64,000 nucleotides of DNA, taken from positions 1 through 64,000 of the IMG/VR virus record IMGVR_UViG_3300037475_000071; one strand, 5' to 3'. The position numbers were made by a program, and so were the translations under genes. This document shows, piece after piece, positions 40,941 to 51,643 of this stretch (position 1 is its first letter; each line of letters starts with the position of its first letter). This DNA is from a virus. The notes beneath the pieces were generated by a model. That model was not told the DNA's origin. It did no database searches and worked only from the letters and a program-made list of their open reading frames with translations.

Positions 40941-42065
40941 ATGCCGTTTAAGATTGTTACCCTGTCCAAACGGCCTGAAAACCTCATCCCGTTCGTGGAA
41001 TCCATCTATCGGCAAGACCCCACCATACCCCGCGAGAACATCGTGGTGGTCAATGATGGTGCCCGTGCTGAGGCGGAGATAGCCCTGCCTGGTATTACTT
41101 GGGTTGAGGGCGAGAAGCCGTTCGTGTTCTCCCGCAATGCCAACATCGGTATCCTTGCGGCGGATTCAGATGTAGTAATCCTGTGCAACGACGACATAAC
41201 CCTGCAAACTCAGGGCGGATTCACCAAGCTGGCTACAGTCTCGGGTAGATTTGGTCTCACCTCGGCTGCGATACACGGCCCAGTAGGTAATCCAACACAG
41301 AGTTGGGTGCGCGGGGATAAGGAGCACGGCCTCCGCGAAGAACATATCCTGCTGTGCTTTGTCTGCGTGGCTATTCCCCGCTTCGTGTGGGACACTGTTG
41401 GCCCTCTGGACGAAAGGTTTGTCGGGTACGGCTATGAGGATGACGACTACAGCAAGCGGGTACAGGACGCCGGCCAGAAGCTGTACATCTACGATGGCTG
41501 CGTAGTCCAACACGGCGGGATACAGAAGTCCACGTTCCGAGACCAATACGATGAGAGTTTTGTTTCTCTCATGGCTCAAAGCAAGAAAGCATTCAAAGAA
41601 AAATGGGGAGAATCCTTGTCACTACGATTAAATCTGGGGTGCTCCGACGCGCATGTGTCGGGCTATACCAACGTAGATTTAGCTGAACCCGCCGATGTCA
41701 TTGCCGACCTGTCGAAGCCGTGGCCGTGGGCCGACTCAAGCATAGAGGCTATCCGCGCTCACGACATCATTGAACACTTGCCTAACAAGATTCAAACCAT
41801 GAACGAGATGTGGCGGGTGCTGAAGCCAGAGGGTAGGGCGGAAATAGTTGTGCCCACCACTGGAGGTACGGGAGCATTCCAAGACCCCACCCATGTGAGT
41901 TTCTGGAACCGCCGTAGCTTCCTGTATTACGAGAGCGGCTGCCTGTATCGGGAGCGTTTCGCCAAAGCCTACGGCATTACGGCGGCGTTCAAGATGGTAG
42001 AAGATAGCGAGACACAGACTATGGACGGGCCGAAGCTGCGCATCGTGTTGCAGGCGGTGAAATAG
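40941..42065 (+). CDS. GT2-like glycosyltransferase fused to SAM methyltransferase
   Basis: VVVND, FSRNANIG, CNDD, LDERF.GYG.EDDDY; C-terminal LNLGC...HDIIEH...RVLKP..DPTH. Confidence 0.85.
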   Translation: MPFKIVTLSKRPENLIPFVESIYRQDPTIPRENIVVVNDGARAEAEIALPGITWVEGEKPFVFSRNANIGILAADSDVVILCNDDITLQTQGGFTKLATVSGRFGLTSAAIHGPVGNPTQSWVRGDKEHGLREEHILLCFVCVAIPRFVWDTVGPLDERFVGYGYEDDDYSKRVQDAGQKLYIYDGCVVQHGGIQKSTFRDQYDESFVSLMAQSKKAFKEKWGESLSLRLNLGCSDAHVSGYTNVDLAEPADVIADLSKPWPWADSSIEAIRAHDIIEHLPNKIQTMNEMWRVLKPEGRAEIVVPTTGGTGAFQDPTHVSFWNRRSFLYYESGCLYRERFAKAYGITAAFKMVEDSETQTMDGPKLRIVLQAVK

Positions 42066-42787
42066 TGCAGCTAATCGCAGCCATGCGTATCAAGGATGAA
42101 TCGCGTTGGATAGTGGAAGTGCTGGAGTCCATCCTTCCCGTCTGCGAGAAGGTGTTTATTCTCGACGATCATTCCACGGACGGCACCGTGGAACTCTGTC
42201 GGTCATTCAATCGTGTGACGGTGTTGGAGTCTCCGTTTGAAGGGGTGGACGAGGCCAGAGACAAAACGTGGCTCATGGCACAAGTGCTATCCGTTCACGA
42301 CGCGGAATGGGTCTTAATGATAGACGGTGACGAGGTTCTGGAATCAGCAGGCCCACAGAAGATACGGCGGCTATTGCAATACCCACTCTACGAGTATTAC
42401 TCATTCAACATCCTGTATCTGTGGAACGACGCGCACACTGTGCGTAGAGATGGGGTGTACGGCAGCTTCAAGCGCCCTTCGCTGTTTCGGGTGCAGCCTA
42501 ATCAGTTGCCGATATGGAAGAGTACCAACTACGGCGGCAACTTTCATTGCAGCAATATACCCAGCTACTTGATGAACCTGCCCTACGCCGCGTCAGAGAT
42601 AAACCTATACCACTACGGCTACATCGACGCCTCCCTACGAGAGCGAAAGTATCGCTGGTACAACCAAATCGATCCCAACAACCTTGCTGAAGATTGCTAC
42701 CGCCATACCGTACAAGGTGACCCGTGTGGCCCGCCAGCAGACATGAAGCTATTGCACGCTGGGCCACTGAGATTGGAACGCATATGA
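42065..42787 (+). CDS. GT2-like glycosyltransferase
   Basis: DDHSTDGT, IDGDE, HYGY. Confidence 0.85.
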   Translation: MQLIAAMRIKDESRWIVEVLESILPVCEKVFILDDHSTDGTVELCRSFNRVTVLESPFEGVDEARDKTWLMAQVLSVHDAEWVLMIDGDEVLESAGPQKIRRLLQYPLYEYYSFNILYLWNDAHTVRRDGVYGSFKRPSLFRVQPNQLPIWKSTNYGGNFHCSNIPSYLMNLPYAASEINLYHYGYIDASLRERKYRWYNQIDPNNLAEDCYRHTVQGDPCGPPADMKLLHAGPLRLERI

Positions 42788-44712
42788 GCATCGAGTCTAA
42801 AGCAGTTCAATACTTCGAGAGCAAAGGGTGGATGGAAACAGCTAAGTTCTCTGACGACCATGTAATGCTAGAACTCTGCCCCATCTGCGGCAAGGATGGC
42901 TGGCATTTCTACGTCAACATTTCTCCTGAGAAGGACGGCCTGTACTCCTGTAAGGTGGGAGGGTGCGAAGGAAACCTCACAAAACTCCGCCAAGAACTGG
43001 GAGACACCCAACAGAAAACGGAAGCACACACAGAGTTAACCTCGACTTCAGACTGGGCCAAGGACAAGAAGCCGGACGTGTTGCCCAACGTTGCTGCCTG
43101 CTACAGCCGACTCATCAACGACGTAGACGCGCTTGACTACCTCATGAATACACGGGGATGGTCACGTCGTGTTATCGACGAGTTGCAACTGGGTCTCATG
43201 GCCCAGCATGGCAAGAAGTACCTCGTCATACCCTACCTAGACCAGACTGGTCAGATTGTTTTTTCTAAGTACCGCAGTTTGCCTCCCGCTGAGAAGGCGT
43301 TCTTCATTTCCAAAGGCCACCCGACGCGGCTCTACAACGAGACCTGCATTCAGCCTGAGATGGAAGAGCTCACCCTCCTAGAAGGTGAGGGAGATACTAT
43401 AACGATGCTCGACTGGGGCATCACGTCGGTGGTCGGAGTTCCCGGTGCTGGAAACAAGAAGACAGAATGGATAACCAAGATAGACAAGGCCCGACCGAAG
43501 AAAATCTATATCCTCTTCGATAATGACAAAGCTGGCCAACAAGGGGCGGCGGAGTTAGCCAAGAAGTTGATGCTGAACACGGAGTTGCCTACCCCGCTCA
43601 GTATAGTTCTTCCTCCGTTTGAAACCCATGATGGCGACGAAGGCAAGGATATAAGCGACTTCAAACGCGCTGGACACACTCGTGAAGAGTTTGAAGCACT
43701 GAAAGAGAAGGCACTCCCATTTGAAGTCAAGGGAGTGGCTACACTGGGAGACGCGCTCGATCGGCTGGAACAGGAACTGTTGGGTAAAGAGTTGCTGGCA
43801 CCGCGGTACGCTACTCAGTTTGCTTCCCTGAATACCAAGCTGGGCGGGTTCGAACGAGGAGACATCGTTGATATTATCGCAGGTGAAAAACAGGGTAAGA
43901 GCTCCTTCGCGCTTAACCTGATAGAGCACCTCGTATCGACGTACAACGAGTCGGGCTTATTCGAGTGCCTTGAAATGCCTGACACGCGGCTTGCTAGGAA
44001 ATGGGTCAGCATGGTCACCAAGACTGACGACTCTCCTGCGAAGACACCAGAAGAAGCTAGGGCACGTATGCTGGTGATGCGGGAGGCCATTGTTACGGCT
44101 AAACAAATTGCAGGCTCACGCGAAGCCGACCTGTTGTTTGGTTTCACGCGGGTCAAAGACCCCGAAGAGATTTATGACACCATCAGACAGGCTGTGCGCC
44201 GATACGGAGTGCGCTTCGTAGTGGTGGACAACATTCAATTACTGGCTGACCAGACCCTTAAGAATCAAAACCATCGTACAACCCACCTGAGCCAAATCAG
44301 TAAGAAGCTCAAGGCGTTGGCTCTGGAGCTAGAGATTGTGATGTTCCGCATCGTTCAGCCTAATCGCATCCGTGAAGGTGAAGTTGCCAGCCATTTGAAC
44401 GCCGATGGAAGCAGTCAGTTGGCCAAGGACTGCGATGCAACCATAGCTCTACACCGTAACACGAAGATGAAGCTGAGTGCCGACGACCTCAAGCAGATTG
44501 GATTCATGGATGAAGACCAATCGTTCGAGCCTCAACTGTACACACGGGTCTCAATCACCCGCTACGCTGCTGGCGGGATGTGCACGCTGAAGTTCCAAGG
44601 CGAATACAGCTTAGTTTCAGAGTGGACTTCCGACGAGGCCGCAGGGCTAACCAACCCAGTGCAAGCAGGGCTGGACATGAAGACCATCGCCGTTCCTGTT
44701 GGCGGTTACTAA
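42784..44712 (+). CDS. primase-helicase (zinc finger + TOPRIM + DnaB-like)
   Basis: CPIC..., EGEGD, FDNDKAG, KDISD, GKSS, LEM, VVVDN. Confidence 0.9.
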   Translation: MSIESKAVQYFESKGWMETAKFSDDHVMLELCPICGKDGWHFYVNISPEKDGLYSCKVGGCEGNLTKLRQELGDTQQKTEAHTELTSTSDWAKDKKPDVLPNVAACYSRLINDVDALDYLMNTRGWSRRVIDELQLGLMAQHGKKYLVIPYLDQTGQIVFSKYRSLPPAEKAFFISKGHPTRLYNETCIQPEMEELTLLEGEGDTITMLDWGITSVVGVPGAGNKKTEWITKIDKARPKKIYILFDNDKAGQQGAAELAKKLMLNTELPTPLSIVLPPFETHDGDEGKDISDFKRAGHTREEFEALKEKALPFEVKGVATLGDALDRLEQELLGKELLAPRYATQFASLNTKLGGFERGDIVDIIAGEKQGKSSFALNLIEHLVSTYNESGLFECLEMPDTRLARKWVSMVTKTDDSPAKTPEEARARMLVMREAIVTAKQIAGSREADLLFGFTRVKDPEEIYDTIRQAVRRYGVRFVVVDNIQLLADQTLKNQNHRTTHLSQISKKLKALALELEIVMFRIVQPNRIREGEVASHLNADGSSQLAKDCDATIALHRNTKMKLSADDLKQIGFMDEDQSFEPQLYTRVSITRYAAGGMCTLKFQGEYSLVSEWTSDEAAGLTNPVQAGLDMKTIAVPVGGY

Positions 44713-44727
44713 TCACACATGTTTTAG

Positions 44728-44756
44728 TTGACATTACACTCCGTTTCGTGTAGTGT
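44728..44756 (+). promoter_or_regulatory. promoter of the TTGACA-NN-ACAC family
   Basis: TTGACATTACAC...TG TAGTGT, 17-nt spacer; ACACAT also upstream. Confidence 0.6.
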
Positions 44757-44800
44757 AATAGCAGATGGGGAGAGCGGTATTTGGTCACTGCTCCAACCAA

Positions 44801-44950
44801 TTGTGCGGCGACCGTGGAAGGACACGCACGGCTTGGGAAGTAGCTTATCTGCAACGTGTCAGTCTCAGCAGAATCAAGCATCCCTAGACAGCCGGAGTAG
44901 TGGAGGGACTGACAAACCCACTGAGTAGGAATCAAGCCCTACCCGCACAA
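44801..44950 (+). ncRNA. tRNA-like structured RNA with expanded arms
   Basis: TTGTGCGG/CCGCACAA closing stem, D-like CGTG-GAAGGA-CACG, T-like GTAGG-AATCAAGC-CCTAC. Confidence 0.5.
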
Positions 44951-45556
44951 ACAAAATTCATATGTTCGAAAACATACGCCGCGCTACACCCAAGGAACGC
45001 TCCGACCCACGGCAAACCAGCCTCTATGGTAGCCGACACGAGCAGGAGCTTCAACACTTTTATACAACCACGAGACAACCACAAGGGAGCGGAGACTTGT
45101 CAACTGAGTCATTTGCTATACCAGTTCCACTACAGCACGCCGAAGAGTACGACGTAATAAACGGCATCACCATCCGAGAAGCCAACCGCGCCACACGGTT
45201 TGAATACTACGCTTCTGAGATTGTCATCCTAGCGAAAATAGCCAAAGAAAACTACCTGGACAAGGGCGTCAACGCGGTTCTCGTCAAGGTTCCCACCAAG
45301 CACAGGCCGTTCCACAAGGTTGCTGTCTACGTGGAAGAGGGCTTCCTTGTGCCAGTCTCACGCAGCTTCTCAGAACGGGACAGCGACTAATGGGCTGCGG
45401 ACTGTGTACTGACGGGGTAAAGAAGATTGTGGGCGACAGGGGCTGGGAAGAAATACCGTGCTGGTGTCCTGCTGGCCGGGCTATAGCGGAAGCACAACGT
45501 CAAGAGAAAGCTACCAACATTGCGGCGGAGCGGGAAATACTTCGCCAATCAAACAA

Positions 45557-45970
45557 GTGACAAAGCAGAGTTCTAAGGACAGGGCAAGGGCAAGAAACCT
45601 CTGGTTATTTTACCGGATAACACCCGAAGAACACGCACTCATAAAGAAGTATCAGCAAGACCATTCAATTTACCGCCTACTGCTGGGTAAACGAAACTCC
45701 TGTGACCACGACCACACTAGCGGGGAAATCCGGGGCTTACTCGAATGGCGATTGAATAAAGCATACGGCCTGTTTGAGAAGGTAGCTGGCGACAACCTAC
45801 CAGACGTACTAAGAGCGTTGGCAACATATCACGAACACCCTCCAGCAGAACTCGCCTTGGGTGAAAAGAAATTCGGACTCATCGGCCTCGCTAAAAGGAA
45901 AAAAGTAATGACGTACGGCCCACCAGTCATAAAGAAAGGGAAAGAACCACGCACTAATAAACCTCAATGA
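45557..45970 (+). CDS. endonuclease VII-like (Holliday junction resolvase-like) protein
   Basis: Y.IT..E...Q...DHDHTSGEIRGLL...N. Confidence 0.75.
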   Translation: MTKQSSKDRARARNLWLFYRITPEEHALIKKYQQDHSIYRLLLGKRNSCDHDHTSGEIRGLLEWRLNKAYGLFEKVAGDNLPDVLRALATYHEHPPAELALGEKKFGLIGLAKRKKVMTYGPPVIKKGKEPRTNKPQ

Positions 45971-46880
45971 CCGATTCGGTTTCACAGATGTCAGAAAAGA
46001 AATCAGTAGAGTTTAGAACGGCGTTCTCCCGGGTAATGGAGACGTACGAGGAGGCCAGATCAGCACAGGTCAGCCATCCCCGCCGCGTCCTCATGAGCGA
46101 CTCCGGCCCTGGTCGGGTGGCTCCATCCACGGTGGACTTCATTTGCGACGTTGAGCTCGCCGCCCTGCGTACCTTGAACTCAGAAGACTTCCGTGTATTC
46201 AAGACTGTCTACTGCGACCAAGAAGAAATATCCATGTTCCTACGGCGTACAGAAGTGTTCAAGCACATCGAGGACAGGATTATGAGAACCGTAGGGCGGG
46301 CTTTCAAACAACGTGGCATATCGTCCGCTAACTATTTCAAACCAGTCTATATCACAAGGAAAAAGAAATGATCGAATTACCCGATAACGACAAAGTACAA
46401 CAAGCACCTCCGCCCCCGAAGCATATTAAAGACGTGCGCTTCGTTGTTGTTCACTCAGACGGCCAAGTCGAAGCTCATTGGAAGATTGGCTACAACGAAC
46501 TGCCGCAGTTACATGGAAAGGTTCAGCAGCTTCTTCAGCAGTTCTCCATCACGGGCATTACAGACATGAGCGGACTTGAAAGCAAGAGCGAGATTTCACA
46601 CATCCCCGCTCACCGCATCAAGCGCATCCACGCCCACATCGACACCAACGTTATTGAGGTTGTATCGCCGGCACAGATACAAGGAAAGCTCCATGTCTAA
46701 GATTCACTTCGCCGTTCGTACGATTAACGGCAAGCTGGTAGCGCGGGAGGGCAAGTTCGGAACTGGTAAGCGGCTGCATTTCTACTGCGGCTTCTGCAAG
46801 GGGTGGTTTGTGTCTCGTCGGCAGCGCAACGACCACGTTAGCGGCTGCGTGGAATACCAGCCACGCCAGAGGAGAACACG

Positions 46881-48725
46881 TTGAGCACAAAGAAAGAGAA
46901 GCTGAAAGCCTTGGAGAACGCCGCCGAAGCACTGGAGAAGACCCACGGAGAAGGTTCAATCATGCGAGTTGGTTCGCGCAAGATTGTCCCCATCGACGTT
47001 ATCCCTACCCAGATATTCGAGCTTGACCACTACGTCATCGGGGCTGGTGGGTTTCCACGGGGGCGCATCGTGGAGGTGTACGGCCCAGAAGCGTGCTTGG
47101 ACGGGGATTCGTTCATACAATACAGTATAAGAACCAAGGAAGGACGCCGCCAGAATCAAAAGGGGGGAACAATACGGCGGCTGTTCCAACGCTTCAATAG
47201 TATTCCCACCAAGGGAAAAGGCTATTACCAGAGAGCTTGCACAAAAGACGCAGTATTTTTCGCTACCTCTATAAATGAAGAAGGCAGGGTCTTTCAGAAC
47301 AGGGTATTGGGTGTATTTTATGCTGGCGACAAGCCTTGTTTTAAGTTAACAACACAATCAGGCAGGGCAATATTAGCGAGTGCAGATCACAAATTCTTTG
47401 TGGGGAACAAATACGTTGAACTAGGGTCGCTGCAAGTGGGAGACACACTATACATACACAACAACACTCGCTTTAAGTGTGGCGACAATACAGAACGCCC
47501 CTATAGAAAAGACTTACTCGTTAAACATCACCCCGTTGCTGGTACCAAAGTAATTGAAGGTAAGTACACTTACCATCGTATAGCTCAGTCCAGAGCCACA
47601 GTTGAAGCAGAAATGAATGGCATGTCCCTAGATGCCTACGTCGCTCTGCTCAATGCAGGAGACATCGAGGGAATACGGGTGCTCTCCCGTGAAGACCATG
47701 TACATCACATTGATGAGAACCCCTCAAATGATGCGTTGTCTAATCTGGTTGTAATTATAGGAGAGGAACATAATAGGTTACACGCTACATTAAATCACAA
47801 CTATTTGCGTTTCACAGCCGTACCCGATTCCGTTGCCTCCGTGGAATATGCGGGCGTTCGGGACACATATGACATCCGTATGGCTGCCCCCTTTAACAAT
47901 TACGTAGCTAACGAATTCATAGTTCACAACTCAGGAAAAACCACCATCGCCCTTCAAGTGGTTGCCAACGTTCAACAGGGCGGAGGCACGGCTGCCTACA
48001 TCGACGCTGAACACGCTCTCGACCTCAACTACGCACAGTCTCTCGGGGTAGAGACCAACGATGTCTTCCTAAGCCAGCCTGATAACGGCGAACAGGCTCT
48101 GGAGATCGCAGACGGTCTCATCGAGACAGGAATGGTAGACATTGTTGTAGTTGACTCCGTTGCTGCGCTGATTCCAGCGGCGGAATTGAATGGAGAAATG
48201 ACCGACCAATTCATGGGACTGCAAGCACGTCTCATGGGTAAAGCCATGCGCAAGCTGGCTGGCAAGGTGCGCAGAACTGGTACCTGTCTCGTGTTCATTA
48301 ACCAGATACGCGAGAAGATTGGCGTTCAATTTGGCTCACCAGAAACGACACCCGGTGGACGTGCACTGAAGTTTGCAGCGTCGTTGCGACTGGATGTACG
48401 CCGTACTGAGCAAGTGAAAGATGGAGAAGCTATTGTCGGAGCTAAGACCAAGTTCAAAGCCGCGAAGAACAAAATAGCTGCACCACTAAGGGAGTGCTCG
48501 GTTGACCTGCTGTATGGAACTGGGTTCGATAAGGCTGGCAGCCTGGTTGCGGCGGGGTTGAAGTACGGCGTAGTAGAGAAGTCAGGCTCTTGGTACAACG
48601 TATTCGGAGACCGTATCGGACAGGGAGCACTCAATGCAGCGCAGACTGTGCGTAGTAGTCCGGAGTTGTTCACCAAGATTGCGGCGGCGATTCTAAAGAT
48701 TAAGGAAGAGGAGACTAAGAAATGA
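46881..48725 (+). CDS. recA: RecA recombinase containing an intein
   Basis: GRIVEVYGPEA|SGKTT, YIDAEHALD, VVDSVAAL, FINQIREKIG, TPGGRALKF. Confidence 0.95.
   Translation: MSTKKEKLKALENAAEALEKTHGEGSIMRVGSRKIVPIDVIPTQIFELDHYVIGAGGFPRGRIVEVYGPEACLDGDSFIQYSIRTKEGRRQNQKGGTIRRLFQRFNSIPTKGKGYYQRACTKDAVFFATSINEEGRVFQNRVLGVFYAGDKPCFKLTTQSGRAILASADHKFFVGNKYVELGSLQVGDTLYIHNNTRFKCGDNTERPYRKDLLVKHHPVAGTKVIEGKYTYHRIAQSRATVEAEMNGMSLDAYVALLNAGDIEGIRVLSREDHVHHIDENPSNDALSNLVVIIGEEHNRLHATLNHNYLRFTAVPDSVASVEYAGVRDTYDIRMAAPFNNYVANEFIVHNSGKTTIALQVVANVQQGGGTAAYIDAEHALDLNYAQSLGVETNDVFLSQPDNGEQALEIADGLIETGMVDIVVVDSVAALIPAAELNGEMTDQFMGLQARLMGKAMRKLAGKVRRTGTCLVFINQIREKIGVQFGSPETTPGGRALKFAASLRLDVRRTEQVKDGEAIVGAKTKFKAAKNKIAAPLRECSVDLLYGTGFDKAGSLVAAGLKYGVVEKSGSWYNVFGDRIGQGALNAAQTVRSSPELFTKIAAAILKIKEEETKK
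47094..47930 (+). mobile_element. intein (279 aa) with HNH endonuclease, inserted in the RecA P-loop
   Basis: Starts CLDGD, ends IVHN followed by Ser; ADHKF block B; HVHHIDENPSND...NL...H. Confidence 0.92.
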
Positions 48726-48915
48726 CCTCACAACAATTTTTGAAGTCTGTTTACGCAGAGTTGCAGGCTGACGGCCATTGCGCAGCAGGGTACGTGGAGC
48801 AAGACAATGGCTTAGATGTTTATTACGAGAAGTACAACTATAAGACGTTTAGTTCTTGTCCATTTGGTAAGGCTATTACCAAAGCGTTCAACAAGCTAAA
48901 CAGGGCTAAAAAGTA

Positions 48916-49365
48916 ATGCCCTTATTCGTTAAGAAGCTAGACCCGCGAGCAACGGTGCCCACCTGCGCTCATCCCGGCGAAGACCTTGCGTATGACCTCT
49001 ATGCGTTGGAGGACATTAGGATTGGCGGCCCAGCCACTAAGGTGCGAACCGGAATCGCCATGCAGCATGACCGTCAGTACGAATGCCTCACGCGCTTAGG
49101 GTTCCTGTTAAGAGACCGCTCTTCCATGGCGGCCAAGGGAGTGTTTGTTACAGGCGGAGTTATAGACGCAGGATACACTGGGGAAATAATAGTGTTGATG
49201 TCAACTATCTTAACTTCATACCAAATAAAGGCCGGAGATAAGATAGTACAAGCAGTTCCCTTCCCCGTTTTAACCGCCGAAATTGGCCCTATCACGTTGG
49301 TGGAAGGCGGCCAAGAGCTTATAGGCACCCGCGGCGACAAAGGCTTTGGTAGTTCCGGTAGATAA
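48916..49365 (+). CDS. dut: dUTPase
   Basis: AYDL, RSS, GVIDAGYTGEI, GDKIVQ, RGDKGFGSSG. Confidence 0.93.
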   Translation: MPLFVKKLDPRATVPTCAHPGEDLAYDLYALEDIRIGGPATKVRTGIAMQHDRQYECLTRLGFLLRDRSSMAAKGVFVTGGVIDAGYTGEIIVLMSTILTSYQIKAGDKIVQAVPFPVLTAEIGPITLVEGGQELIGTRGDKGFGSSGR

Positions 49366-49406
49366 CCCTTAACAATTTAATACAGATTAGGAAAACTCAT
49401 AAAGCA

Positions 49407-51077
49407 ATGGGTCAGGACGTAGTTACGCAATCATCGCAAGAAATGTCGGTATTCGCCCAAACAATCTTAGCTCAGAAGTACGCACATGATTTGAAAGATG
49501 GAGGTAAAGAGACGTGGCACGATGTAGCCACGAGAGTGGGGCGCACGGTGTTGCGTTCAGTGAACGCGCCGAAGTCTCTCATCGACCAAGCCGTTGAATT
49601 CATAGCTCTGCGTAAGTTCATTCCCGGTGGTCGCTACTTGTATGCAACTGGTCGCCCGTTCCACCAAGTTCAGAACTGTCTGCTCCTCAAAGCAGAGGAC
49701 AGCCGCGAGGGTTGGTCTGAACTGATGCAAAAAATAACAATGGCTTTGATGACTGGGGCTGGTATCGGAGTGGACTACTCTGACATTCGCGCCGAGGGTA
49801 AAGCCATCCGTAAGACAGGAGGAGTAGCTACTGGGCCGATCGCCCTGGCTTGCATGATTAACGAGGCGGGTAGGGGAATCATGCAAGGAGGCTCACGTCG
49901 CTCAGCAATATGGGCCGGGTTGTCTTGGAGCCACCCCGACGTAATGAAGTTTATTGCCATCAAGAACTGGATTCCGGAAGTCCGCTCATTAAAAGAACGT
50001 GACTTCAATTTCCCTGCAACTCTGGACGGCACCAACATCAGCGTCCAGTTGAACGACGAGTTCTTCCGCGCCTACAACAATGAGAAGCATTCGCTACACG
50101 GCCATGCACACGCAGTTTACTGGGCTGTAGTCGGGCAGATGCTTAAGACCGCAGAGCCGGGCTTCAGTATTGACACTGGTGAAAACTCGAAAGAGACCCT
50201 ACGCAATGCCTGTACCGAAGTGACCAGCGCAGATGATAGCGACATTTGCAATCTCGGCTCCATCAACATGGCGCGGGTCACTAGCCTCGAAGAAATGAAA
50301 GCACTGGTAGAAGTTGCCACAGCATTTCTTTTAGCTGGCACCGTGTATAGCGACGTTCCCTACGCCAAGGTGGACATGGTTCGCACGAAGAACCGCCGTC
50401 TCGGGCTGGGTTTAATGGGTGTGCACGAGTGGCTGCTGCTCAACGGCAAACGCTACGGAGCGGATGCTGACCTCGATAAATACCTTGAGATATACGCCAC
50501 TAGCACCGACGTTGCAGCGCAGTACGCAAACAAGTGGGACTTGTCTAAGCCAGTGAAAACAAGGGCGATAGCTCCTACAGGAACCATCGGAATTTTAGCA
50601 GAAACTTCAACCGGCCTTGAGCCCCTGTTCTGCGCGGCGTTCAAACGTCGGTATGCCAAGGGCAGCGTATGGAATTACCAATACGTATTAGACCCTACTG
50701 CTAAACGCTTAATTGAAGAGCAAGGCGTAGCTCCCGAGAGTATCGAAGATGCCTACGTTCTGGCGGAAGATGTGGAACGCAGGGTAGCGTTTCAGGCTCA
50801 CGTTCAGAAGTACGTAGACCATGCTATCTCCTCCACCATAAACCTGCCGCAATGGGGCAGCGAGCTAAACAATAGCGACACCGTGCAGAAGTTCGGAAAG
50901 ATGCTTATCAAATATCTTCCACAGCTTCGCGGGATTACTACCTATCCTGATGGAGCCAGAAACGGGCAGCCACTAACTCCCGTCAAATGGGCCACCGCAA
51001 TTAAGCACGTTGGGCAGACATTTATTGAATCTACTGACGTGTGCGACTTGACCCGTGGGGGAAGTTGTGGCTCTTGA
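49407..51077 (+). CDS. nrdJ: ribonucleotide reductase, class II-like
   Basis: PGGR, QNC, GGSRRSA, NACTE, CNLGSIN, APTGT, ISSTINL; no small subunit gene nearby. Confidence 0.85.
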   Translation: MGQDVVTQSSQEMSVFAQTILAQKYAHDLKDGGKETWHDVATRVGRTVLRSVNAPKSLIDQAVEFIALRKFIPGGRYLYATGRPFHQVQNCLLLKAEDSREGWSELMQKITMALMTGAGIGVDYSDIRAEGKAIRKTGGVATGPIALACMINEAGRGIMQGGSRRSAIWAGLSWSHPDVMKFIAIKNWIPEVRSLKERDFNFPATLDGTNISVQLNDEFFRAYNNEKHSLHGHAHAVYWAVVGQMLKTAEPGFSIDTGENSKETLRNACTEVTSADDSDICNLGSINMARVTSLEEMKALVEVATAFLLAGTVYSDVPYAKVDMVRTKNRRLGLGLMGVHEWLLLNGKRYGADADLDKYLEIYATSTDVAAQYANKWDLSKPVKTRAIAPTGTIGILAETSTGLEPLFCAAFKRRYAKGSVWNYQYVLDPTAKRLIEEQGVAPESIEDAYVLAEDVERRVAFQAHVQKYVDHAISSTINLPQWGSELNNSDTVQKFGKMLIKYLPQLRGITTYPDGARNGQPLTPVKWATAIKHVGQTFIESTDVCDLTRGGSCGS

Positions 51078-51617
51078 GGAGAGTAATGCTATCAGGGTTG
51101 AATTAAGACAACGCGGCACACAGAAAGGGGGAAAATATAAGAGGAGAGAATCTTTTTATGTCTATCTCTGCTCTGCGTGTGGCAAAGAGATTGCTTTCAC
51201 ATACAGCGAACTGCGTCGTGTATCAGGCAGGTGCAAAACATGCTCGAATAAGGAAACTGGAAAGAAAACATCAATTAGGGAGCGCCTTGAACCATACAAG
51301 GCGCTCTTCAATAAGTTTATGTATGACCGCGCAAGAGATAATCACGATGTCGATTTAACGTTTTTAGACTTTTTAGAGTTCACCGCGATAAGGTATGTCA
51401 TTATTGTGGCAATACCGTTACTTGGGCGACTCACAATCTTCAGAAAAATGGTTACCGCTATAATCTCGATCGCAAAGACAACGATGTTGGCTACCTAAAA
51501 TACAACGTTGTTGTCTGCTGTTGGCGTTGCAACGAAACAAAAGCTGACCGATTTACGTACGAGCAGTTCGTTCAGATAGGAGCCGTCATTCGTTCGTGGT
51601 CGTTAAATACCAGTTGA
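51055..51617 (+). pseudogene. frameshifted HNH-type endonuclease
   Basis: Frame 0 breaks near 51390; -1 frame continues CHYCG...LDRKDN..GY..NVV.CC.RCN..K to TGA at 51615. Confidence 0.7.
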
Positions 51618-51643
51618 CATCACACATGTCCTTGGTGTATCTT
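51614..51643 (+). promoter_or_regulatory. promoter of the TTGACA-NN-ACACA family
   Basis: TTGACATCACACAT...TG TATCTT. Confidence 0.65.
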
